A stretch of DNA of 20,000 nucleotides from the IMG/VR virus record IMGVR_UViG_3300040815_003350; one strand, 5' to 3'. The stretch comes from an uncultured virus (IMG/VR IMGVR_UViG_3300040815_003350). Taxonomy: Duplodnaviria; Heunggongvirae; Uroviricota; Caudoviricetes. The position numbers and the translations under genes were made by a program. Numbering within the stretch: the stretch's first letter is position 1; each line of letters starts with the position of its first letter. Shown in pieces: positions 6,687-14,817 of this stretch. Below the pieces are notes generated by a model, which was not told the origin of the DNA, made no database searches, and saw only the letters and a list, made by a program, of their open reading frames with translations.

Positions 6687-9077
6687 ATGGCAAGTACGAT
6701 TCAAATAAAAAATAGCAATACATCAGGTAATTCACCTAGTTCATTAACTCAAGGAGAGTTAGCTATTAATGTTAATGATGGTAATTTATTCTATGGTGAT
6801 GGTACATCAGTAAAACAAGACTTTGTACTGGGATCTGTCAGCGCAAGTGGAGGTTTTACAGGCAGCATTGATGCCTCAGGCATTGATGGTACGATAGACA
6901 TTTCCGATCAAACTAACTTAGCAGGAGGTACTAACCTTACCTTGTCAGGCGATACTATGAATCTTGATGCTGATATTAGCTTAACTAGTATTACAGCTTC
7001 AGGAGATATAAGCGCCAGTGGAGATTTAATCAGTAACACTCTTACGGCAGCAGGTATAGCATACCCAACAACAGATGGTGACAATGGAGACGTATTAATA
7101 ACAGATGGTGCTGGTAATTTATCATTTGCTAGAACCACAGTATATGCTAACGTAAAAAATGTCCACGGTAGTGAACTAGTAAAAGGTATGCCTGTTCACG
7201 TTACTGGTGCCGCTGGTAATACTAGTGAAGTTGTAGCAGCTTCTGCTTCAAACGCAGCTACAATGCCTGCTCATTTTATCCTAAATGAAACTTTAGCAGA
7301 TGACGAGGAAGGTTTAGCAATTGCTGTGGGGTATATAAACCAGGTTAACACAGGAGATTTTAGTGAAGGTGATACGGTTTATGTAGGAGCCGATGGGGGT
7401 TATACAAATGTTAAACCAACAGGATCTAATTTAATTCAAAACTTAGGTATTGTAGATAAAGTTGATGCTTCAAACGGATCAGGCTTTATTTTAGGTGCTG
7501 GTAGATCAAATGATGTACCTAACATTACTAGTGGGTATGCTTGGGTAGGTAACAGTGATCAAGTTGCTACAGCAGTTGCTACTTCATCATTTGTAGTAAC
7601 TAATGCTAATACTGCTTCTTATGTAGCAGCTGATAATATAGCTCAACCATTTTCAACCCTTGAAGTTGATGGTCCTTCAAACTCACACATTGAAGTAGGA
7701 ACATATAATGTAGGATTTGATCAAATTAGTATTCCTACTACCCAAATTACAGGTTCCGGTTTAATAATATCGGGGGCTATGGCGGACCAAGATCACCATA
7801 ATTTTCTCAAAATAGGAGAGATTGAATTAGTAGATGTAAACACACTCCTCAATTCTAATACTTTTTTAATTCACAACGTAGATGACTTTTTATTAACATC
7901 GGGATCAGACGGAGGGAATATTACTACTGCTAATTTATTATTTAGACACCAAGGTAATGCTTTTGATATTTACCAAAATGGTTCTTCTAAAATTAGTATG
8001 AATAGTGGGGGGGATCTATCATTTAACGGTAATAATATTACATTTACCCCGGGATCAGGAGATACTAATATACAAGCTGTTAATACTACAGCAACAAATA
8101 CCTACATAATAACTGCTGAAGGTAACCCAAATAATATCCCACAATCACTTAGATCTATTAATGCTCAAGATTTCTTTAGAACAGTTAATGGAGCCGTAAC
8201 GGCATCTGCGGTAAGTTCAAGTGGCATTATAACAGCCGATTCATTCGTTGGAACAGTAACAACAGCAGAAACTGCCTCTTATGTAGCAGCATCTAATATT
8301 GATGGCACTATAGATATTTCGGACCAAACTAACCTAGCAGGAGGTACTAACCTTACATTGTCGGATGATACTATGAATCTTGATGCTAGTATTAGTTTAA
8401 CTAGTATAACAACATCGGGAAATGTAAGTTCAAGTGGAACTATAACAGCTAATACTATAGAAGTAGACACTGATATTGATATTACTACTAACAATGAATT
8501 TTTAAGAGGAAAAACCACAGGAGGTGTTACTCGAAATTTAATTGGTTTTGATGCTAGTAATGTAGTTGTTGTAGGAAATACATCAGTTGATTCTATTCAA
8601 TTAAATAATGATACTTCAGTTAATGGTAACCTTACACTTGAAGGTCAATTTATTATTGATGAAGCCAAATTTAAAGTAGGTAAAACCCTTTCTTCTGCCG
8701 GTGATGGTAATGGTACCATCATAAAAGAAGGAAATACAACCACAACCGCAGGTAAAATTTATTACTATACTAGTTTAGGTGAATGGACCCTCACAGATGC
8801 TGATGCTGAATCCTCATCAACAGGTTTATTAGGAGTTGCTTTAGGTACTAATTCTGGCACTAATGGTATGCTTTTACAAGGGTGCGTAACTTTAGCTACC
8901 GACCCAGGTGATACCGGTGATATATTATACCTCCAAACAGACACAGCTGGAGACACAGGTGATGCTACATCTACAGCTCCTAATGGAACTAATGATATTG
9001 TTAGAATTATAGGATATTGTTTAGATAGTGCTAAAATTTATTTTAATCCATCTAACGACTTTATTAAACACACTTAA
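6687..9077 (+). CDS. Putative tail/capsid fibre protein (796 aa) with IQIK...GELAIN N-terminal domain and two cement/DUF2190-like domains
   Basis: N-terminus MASTIQIKNS...LTQGELAINVNDGNLFYG is typical of phage fibre N-terminal (Mtd-N-like) domains. Also YPTTDGDNGDVLITDGAGNLSF, ITASGDISASG repeats, an internal duplication, and two GxxVY/LY...P...GxV/C modules. Confidence 0.7.
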   Translation: MASTIQIKNSNTSGNSPSSLTQGELAINVNDGNLFYGDGTSVKQDFVLGSVSASGGFTGSIDASGIDGTIDISDQTNLAGGTNLTLSGDTMNLDADISLTSITASGDISASGDLISNTLTAAGIAYPTTDGDNGDVLITDGAGNLSFARTTVYANVKNVHGSELVKGMPVHVTGAAGNTSEVVAASASNAATMPAHFILNETLADDEEGLAIAVGYINQVNTGDFSEGDTVYVGADGGYTNVKPTGSNLIQNLGIVDKVDASNGSGFILGAGRSNDVPNITSGYAWVGNSDQVATAVATSSFVVTNANTASYVAADNIAQPFSTLEVDGPSNSHIEVGTYNVGFDQISIPTTQITGSGLIISGAMADQDHHNFLKIGEIELVDVNTLLNSNTFLIHNVDDFLLTSGSDGGNITTANLLFRHQGNAFDIYQNGSSKISMNSGGDLSFNGNNITFTPGSGDTNIQAVNTTATNTYIITAEGNPNNIPQSLRSINAQDFFRTVNGAVTASAVSSSGIITADSFVGTVTTAETASYVAASNIDGTIDISDQTNLAGGTNLTLSDDTMNLDASISLTSITTSGNVSSSGTITANTIEVDTDIDITTNNEFLRGKTTGGVTRNLIGFDASNVVVVGNTSVDSIQLNNDTSVNGNLTLEGQFIIDEAKFKVGKTLSSAGDGNGTIIKEGNTTTTAGKIYYYTSLGEWTLTDADAESSSTGLLGVALGTNSGTNGMLLQGCVTLATDPGDTGDILYLQTDTAGDTGDATSTAPNGTNDIVRIIGYCLDSAKIYFNPSNDFIKHT
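6882..8420 (+). repeat. 123-nt direct repeat within the fibre gene (6882-7004 and 8298-8420)
   Basis: IDGTIDISDQTNLAGGTNLTLS(G/D)DTMNLDA(D/S)ISLTSIT(A/T)SG; 38 of 41 aa identical; 11 synonymous versus 3 non-synonymous codon differences by manual comparison. Confidence 0.9.
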
Positions 9078-9637
9078 TGGATTACCTAAATAAAACACTT
9101 ACTATAACAGGTAGCCAAATTTATTATACTGAAGAGGGTCAAACCTATGAAGTAATGATGGATTGGGAAGACGAGATTATGTCTGCCTCTGCAGCTTATG
9201 TTTGCCAAAATGGGGGTGATATTTTAGAAATAGGATTTGGTATGGGTATATCGGCAGGATATATTCAATCACATTCTATTAATTCACACACTATTTGTGA
9301 AAACCACCCTCAAATTATTCCTTTAGCTAAAGCGTGGGCCCAAGATAAACCAAATGTTACTATAATAACTTCAAGTTGGTACGATGTACGAAAAACTGTA
9401 GGAACGTTTGATGGTATTTTTTATGATGCTTTTGGAGACGATAATTGGGTAGAATTTAGCTCTTCATTAGTAAGCATGTGTAACCCTAATGCAGTAGCTA
9501 CTTGGTTTAATGGTACCCCTGATGCTAATGACATTTTAGACTACCCAGGACTGCTTTATGATTCATATTCAATAGACCCTGAACCAAATTTTTATTTTAA
9601 CCACGATACTTACTACCTACCTAAATGGCAACTTTAA
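9077..9637 (+). CDS. Class I SAM-dependent methyltransferase, Rmt2/guanidinoacetate methyltransferase-like
   Basis: VMMDWEDEIM, motif I GGDILEIGFGMGI, HTICENHP, KPNV...W.D and FDGIFYDAF match the Rmt2/GAMT signature. Confidence 0.8.
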   Translation: MDYLNKTLTITGSQIYYTEEGQTYEVMMDWEDEIMSASAAYVCQNGGDILEIGFGMGISAGYIQSHSINSHTICENHPQIIPLAKAWAQDKPNVTIITSSWYDVRKTVGTFDGIFYDAFGDDNWVEFSSSLVSMCNPNAVATWFNGTPDANDILDYPGLLYDSYSIDPEPNFYFNHDTYYLPKWQL

Positions 9638-10308
9638 ACGCATCTAAATGGAGTAAGGCTACTATTGCTTCTCAAACAACACATGCTGCAGCTCGTGGAT
9701 CTACAGCTACCTCATTTTTTAACAACCAAACAAACTCAACAACTGGAGCTGAGTATAGAAAACAATCAGGAAGAAGAAGCACTGTATATACTACTATTCG
9801 TTCATTTTATTATTTTGATACTAGTGGGATTACCGGTACAGTTACTGCAGCGACTATCAACATAACAGGAAATGCAATTGGGGGAACAGCGGATATAATA
9901 GTATGCCCTAGCACAGCTTTTAGTGGAGATGGTAGTACAAATTTTGCTGCTGCCGAATATGGTAATATATCTTTTAATACTAACTATACTAATGAATATA
10001 CTGGATGGAATAATAGCAGTAATAACTCTATTACCCTAAAATCCACAGCCCTTTCTAACATCCAAAGTAATGATTATTTTATTTGCGCTGTTCTTCAACA
10101 CGATAATGACTATTCTAACTCAGAACCAGGAACTTTTCTTACATCTAATATAGGAATAAACTACACTGCGACAGCGTACTTAGACTACACAGAAGCTGCT
10201 TCTGGTCCTGCTAATGTAGCTTCATTTTTGGGAGTAACTAAAGCAAATATTAGTACTATCAATACTATTTCTTTAGGAGATATTTCGGAATTAAACGGAA
10301 TAAGTTAA
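9625..10308 (+). CDS. Putative virion structural/fibre-tip protein (227 aa)
   Basis: T/S/N-rich. RSFYYFDTSGITGTVTAATINI resembles beta-sandwich virion domains. Short C-terminal repeats (VASFLGV/ISTINTI/ISELNGI). Confidence 0.6.
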   Translation: MATLNASKWSKATIASQTTHAAARGSTATSFFNNQTNSTTGAEYRKQSGRRSTVYTTIRSFYYFDTSGITGTVTAATINITGNAIGGTADIIVCPSTAFSGDGSTNFAAAEYGNISFNTNYTNEYTGWNNSSNNSITLKSTALSNIQSNDYFICAVLQHDNDYSNSEPGTFLTSNIGINYTATAYLDYTEAASGPANVASFLGVTKANISTINTISLGDISELNGIS

Positions 10309-10338
10309 TTTGGAAATTTAAATTAAATTTATTATAAT
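10309..10338 (+). promoter_or_regulatory. Candidate host-RNAP promoter TTTG-N20-TATAAT upstream of the glycosyltransferase cassette
   Basis: TTTG at 10309-10312, 20-nt spacer, TATAAT at 10333-10338. Same geometry as 16477-16508 and similar to the Bacteroidota -33/-7 arrangement. Confidence 0.4.
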
Positions 10339-10344
10339 AATGTT

Positions 10345-12312
10345 ATGCGGAAATTGTTATATATTACTCCTCACCTTTCAACAGGAGGAGCACCACAATA
10401 CCTTCTAAAAAAAATAGAATTACTTAAAGACGAGTATGATATTTCATTAGTAGAATATACTGATGTAGGGGGCACCCAATTTGTAGTTCAAAAAAATAGG
10501 ATTTTTGATATTATTCCTTCTGAAAAACGAATTACGCTAAGAGAGGATAAAACTCAACTTTTAGATTTTCTTGATCAAGTACAACCTAATATTGTACACT
10601 TAGAAGAAATTCCTGAAATGTTTATGGATAATGGGATTGCTGAGATATTATACAATAAAAATAGAAATTATACTATTTTTGAAACCTCCCACGATAGTTC
10701 TCAAAACCCTAACAACAAACGTTTCTTCCCAGATAAATTTATGTTTGTCTCTAATTGGCAAATTGACCAATATAAAGATATAGATGTACCTGCTGTATTA
10801 GTAGAATATCCTATTGAATATAAAGAAACTAAAAATAAAGAAGAAGCATGTAAACGTTTAGGGTTAGATCCTAACAAAAAACATATTGTCCATGTAGGAT
10901 TATTTACTCCTAGAAAAAATCAAGCTGAGTTTTTTGAATATGCTCGTGCTCTTCCTGAGTACGAGTTTCACTGTATAGGTAACCAAGCAATAAATTTTCA
11001 ACATTATTGGGAACCTTTAATGAAGGATAAACCTAGTAACTTAACTTGGTGGGGCGAGCGTAATGATGTAGATAATTTTTACGAAGCTGCTGATTTATTT
11101 TTATTTACTTCCAAAGGCAATTCCCACGATAAAGAAACAATGCCCCTTGTAATTAGAGAAGCCATATCGTGGAAACTACCCACCCTAATCTATAACCTAG
11201 GGGTTTACCAAAATTATTTTGACAAATACCCAGTAGAATACCTTACTCAGTTTGATGAAAATATTAATAAAATTAAATCTTTAATAGATAATACATTTAT
11301 TGATATTTCTAAAGAAGCATTTGTTTTATCTACATATCCTAATAGCCAAGCAGTAATAGATACTACACTTAAGTGTATAGAATCTATAAAACAAACTAAA
11401 AGATCTATTATTTTAGTATCTCATTATCCTATTCCCGAATCCCTTCAAAAAGAGGTAGATTATTGTATATATGATGCTAATAATATTTTAGTAAAACACA
11501 ATTACTTTACTCAAGCTTGGTGGGCTTCTTCTAATATAAGATTAAATTTTAATTTAAAAAAAGAAGATAATAATTGGTATCACGGCCCCGCAGTATACAC
11601 TAATTACTATAATGGATCTCAATTAGCTGAAAAGCTTGGTTTTGAAAAAGTATATTTTTTAAATTTTGACTATTTAGTAAAATCCAAAACAGATTTTGAT
11701 AATTTATCTATAGAATTGAATAGGCACGATGCCTGTCTTTCTTATGAAACTAATGAGGAAGGAAGTACATATGAAACTTTTTTTATGGCGTTTAGATCTT
11801 CTTATTTTAATTCAACTTTCCCTAAAATTTCAACAGCTAAAGAATACAGTAATTGGGTAAAAAATGTTGATTCTCCTACAAATGGTTTAGAAAAGTCTAT
11901 GTATTGTGCCTTAAAAGGTAAAGGAAATCATTTAGAATTAGATAAAAATAAAGTTCACAATTTCTTCAATTTTAAAGATTTTTCTCAACTAGAGTACTTA
12001 ACTGTTCTTCCTAGTAACAAACCTAATATTATTATTCCTTCTGCTTTATTTTCTGATTCAACTAATTCTAAAAGATTAGTTATTAATATAATAGCTGACA
12101 AACAAAATGTTTTAGAAACTAAAGAGTATATAATAAACCATAAAGGATGTTTTTGGTTTGAGCAAGACTCTACTATAAATAATTCTTTTTTTGACATAGA
12201 ATTTATAGTAACCGATATTCCTACAGACACTATAGTAAAAACAAAAACTATTAAAATTACCCCTGAATATTTAAAATCCCAACTACCCCAAAATGGTTCA
12301 ACCTCAATTTAA
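10345..12312 (+). CDS. Bi-domain glycosyltransferase: N-terminal GT-B (GT4-like) plus C-terminal probable GT-A-like domain
   Basis: HLSTGGAPQYL, VGLFTPRKNQ, GERNDVDNFYEAADLFLFTS and ETMPLVIREA (E-x7-E). C-terminal AFVLSTYP...IILVSH...YFLNFDY. Confidence 0.8.
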   Translation: MRKLLYITPHLSTGGAPQYLLKKIELLKDEYDISLVEYTDVGGTQFVVQKNRIFDIIPSEKRITLREDKTQLLDFLDQVQPNIVHLEEIPEMFMDNGIAEILYNKNRNYTIFETSHDSSQNPNNKRFFPDKFMFVSNWQIDQYKDIDVPAVLVEYPIEYKETKNKEEACKRLGLDPNKKHIVHVGLFTPRKNQAEFFEYARALPEYEFHCIGNQAINFQHYWEPLMKDKPSNLTWWGERNDVDNFYEAADLFLFTSKGNSHDKETMPLVIREAISWKLPTLIYNLGVYQNYFDKYPVEYLTQFDENINKIKSLIDNTFIDISKEAFVLSTYPNSQAVIDTTLKCIESIKQTKRSIILVSHYPIPESLQKEVDYCIYDANNILVKHNYFTQAWWASSNIRLNFNLKKEDNNWYHGPAVYTNYYNGSQLAEKLGFEKVYFLNFDYLVKSKTDFDNLSIELNRHDACLSYETNEEGSTYETFFMAFRSSYFNSTFPKISTAKEYSNWVKNVDSPTNGLEKSMYCALKGKGNHLELDKNKVHNFFNFKDFSQLEYLTVLPSNKPNIIIPSALFSDSTNSKRLVINIIADKQNVLETKEYIINHKGCFWFEQDSTINNSFFDIEFIVTDIPTDTIVKTKTIKITPEYLKSQLPQNGSTSI

Positions 12313-14437
12313 AATCTGCCAGGTTAATCCCGGTTGTGGTATAGAAATACCTCCTAAAGGATGGGGCGCTATTGAAAAAATAGTATGGGAATTTACTAAA
12401 AATTTACGTAAACAAGGACACCAAGTAGATATAAAGTGGACTGATGAAATAAAAAAAGATGAATACGATATAGTTCATGTTCATGTAGCTAACTTAGCTT
12501 TAATTTTAGCAGAGCGAGGTATTCCTTATATATTTCAATGTCATGATCACCATGCTTACCATCATGGTAAAGATAGTTTTATTTTTAAACAAAATCTAGA
12601 AGCGATAGAAAAATCAGAATTATCTATTTTACCTGCTAAGTATTTAGTAGATTATTTTAGGTCTGATAAAGCTGTTTACTTTTCTCACGGAGTTGATACA
12701 GATTTTTTTGTTCCTAATTTAGAAGAGAGGCCCCACAAATTATTAATGGTAGCTAATAATGGGTTAGGGGGTAAAGATGGATATGACAGAAAAGGATTTA
12801 CTGAAGGTATTAAAGCTGCTCATAAATTAAACCTTCCAATAACAATAGCTGGACCTGAAAATAACAAAAATTTTATAGAAAAAAATTCTTGGGTTAAAAA
12901 TTATGATATTAACTGGATTTTTAACCCAAACCAAGAAGAACTCCTTAATCTATACCAAACCCACACAATATTCCTCCACCCCTCAGAATTAGAAGCAGGT
13001 CATCCTAATTTAACTATACTAGAAGCAATGGCTTGTGGTTTACCTGTAGTAGGTTGTATGGAAGATAATTTAAAGGGAATGGTAAAAGTAGAAAAAATAT
13101 TTACTGAAGTTTCCCAAGGAATCAAACAAATACTTAAAGATTATACTATTTTTCACTCCCAAGCTTTACACACATCAAATAAACTATCTTGGTATAACAG
13201 AAGCTCAGAACTAATAAAATTAATAATTCCTAGTAATATGAAAGAAGTTTTAATTAAAGAATACACTAATACTAAAAAATTAGAATACCAACCCATAGTA
13301 AAAGATTCTTTATCTTTTAATTTTAATTTTAATAATCGTACTTTTTGTGAAATTTTAGGAAATTCCTCTAAAAAATACACAGTAGAATTTACAGATAGTA
13401 ACACATCATATAATCATTATACTACTACATTAAGCCCCAACATGTGGTCAGAATGTAATATACGTTATCATCTCCCTTGGATTATAACAATTAGAGAAAA
13501 GGATTCATTTAAATTAGTACATACCGAACATTTCAATTGCACAGGAAAAAAAGTTTACATTAAATTTGAAAGCAAATCTATAGGGGATACTATAGCTTGG
13601 TTCCCTTATGTAGAAGAATTTAGAAAAAAACACAAATGTGAATTAATTTGTTCTACATTTCATAACAGTTGGTTCGAAACCCAATACCCAGAGATTACAT
13701 TTGTTCCTCCTGGTACTTCTATAGAAGATTCATATGCTTCTTATTCTTTAGGTTGGTTTTATGCTAATGAAACAGAAAAAGATCATAGCAAACACCCCCA
13801 ACCTTTTATTTCTCAACCTTTACAAAAAACAGCTTCTGATATTTTAGGTTTAGAATATAAAGAAATTAAACCTAAAATTAAATCTCTTCCTCCTTCCCCA
13901 ATAAAAGAAAAATATGTAACAATTTCAATTCAATCTACTTGTCAAGCAAAATACTGGAATCACCCAACAGGATGGGAACAAGTAGTAAAACATTTACAAA
14001 ATAAAGGGTATAAGGTAGCGGTTGTAGACAAATATCGAACTTTTGGTATAGGAGCATTTATGAACACCTCTCCTCAAGCAGATTACTATTTTCATGAAAA
14101 ATCTTTAGAAGAAGTAATGCCCATAATAAAGGGAGCAGAATTCCATATAGGAATCAGCTCAGGTCTATCTTGGATGGCATGGGCATTAAATACTCCTGTA
14201 GTTCTTATTTCTTCATTCTCAAAACCTTATTGTGAATTCCAATCAGGATGTACCCGAATATATAAAGAAGATACTTCTACTTATGACCCCCTTCAAGGAT
14301 ATTTTAATACACATAAGCTTGATCCTTCAAATTGGAATTGGTACCCATTTAAAGAAATAAAATCAATGGAGGATTGGTATGAAATAGAAACTATTACTCC
14401 CGAACAAGTTATTAATGAAATAAATAAAATATTATGA
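12293..14437 (+). CDS. Bi-domain glycosyltransferase: N-terminal GT4 plus C-terminal autotransporter O-heptosyltransferase (TibC/Aah, BAHT; GT9-like) domain
   Basis: GT4: IPPKGWGAIEKIVW and EAGHPNLTILEAMACGLPVV. BAHT-like: SIGDTIAWFPYVEEFRKKHKC, YVTISIQSTCQAKYWNHPTGWEQVV, HIGISSGLSWMAWALNTPVVLISSFS. Confidence 0.85.
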   Translation: MVQPQFKICQVNPGCGIEIPPKGWGAIEKIVWEFTKNLRKQGHQVDIKWTDEIKKDEYDIVHVHVANLALILAERGIPYIFQCHDHHAYHHGKDSFIFKQNLEAIEKSELSILPAKYLVDYFRSDKAVYFSHGVDTDFFVPNLEERPHKLLMVANNGLGGKDGYDRKGFTEGIKAAHKLNLPITIAGPENNKNFIEKNSWVKNYDINWIFNPNQEELLNLYQTHTIFLHPSELEAGHPNLTILEAMACGLPVVGCMEDNLKGMVKVEKIFTEVSQGIKQILKDYTIFHSQALHTSNKLSWYNRSSELIKLIIPSNMKEVLIKEYTNTKKLEYQPIVKDSLSFNFNFNNRTFCEILGNSSKKYTVEFTDSNTSYNHYTTTLSPNMWSECNIRYHLPWIITIREKDSFKLVHTEHFNCTGKKVYIKFESKSIGDTIAWFPYVEEFRKKHKCELICSTFHNSWFETQYPEITFVPPGTSIEDSYASYSLGWFYANETEKDHSKHPQPFISQPLQKTASDILGLEYKEIKPKIKSLPPSPIKEKYVTISIQSTCQAKYWNHPTGWEQVVKHLQNKGYKVAVVDKYRTFGIGAFMNTSPQADYYFHEKSLEEVMPIIKGAEFHIGISSGLSWMAWALNTPVVLISSFSKPYCEFQSGCTRIYKEDTSTYDPLQGYFNTHKLDPSNWNWYPFKEIKSMEDWYEIETITPEQVINEINKIL

Positions 14438-14817
14438 AAGTAGAAATTTCAACAGGTGAATTATTAGATAAATTATCTATTTTAGAAATTAAACTTTTAA
14501 ATATTAATGATCCTAAAAAATCTAAAAACATTTATAAAGAATTAAAAACTTTAAATCCTTATTTTCAAGATTTATTAGATGTGTATGGTTTAAAAATAAA
14601 AAACCTTTATATTAAGCTTTCTAACATCAATAAGGCATTATGGGATATTGAAGATGCCATCCGTGATAAAGAAAAAGCAGAAGAATTTGATGAAGAATTT
14701 GTAGAATTAGCAAGGAGTGTGTATATTGTAAATGATCAAAGGGCAGCCGTAAAAAAGGAAATTAACCTACTTACCAAGTCTAAATTAGTAGAAGAAAAAT
14801 CATACTCCGATTATTAA
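14434..14817 (+). CDS. DUF6165-like helical protein
   Basis: EISTGELLDKLSILEIK...INKALWDIEDAIR...FVELARSVYIVNDQRAAVKKEIN...EEKSY. ATGA-coupled to the glycosyltransferase. Confidence 0.75.
   Translation: MKVEISTGELLDKLSILEIKLLNINDPKKSKNIYKELKTLNPYFQDLLDVYGLKIKNLYIKLSNINKALWDIEDAIRDKEKAEEFDEEFVELARSVYIVNDQRAAVKKEINLLTKSKLVEEKSYSDY

Noticed and set aside
6882..8420. Possible diversity-generating retroelement TR/VR pair
   Set aside because: Differences are mostly synonymous third-position changes, not adenine-specific. Both copies lie in one ORF and there is no reverse transcriptase in the window.
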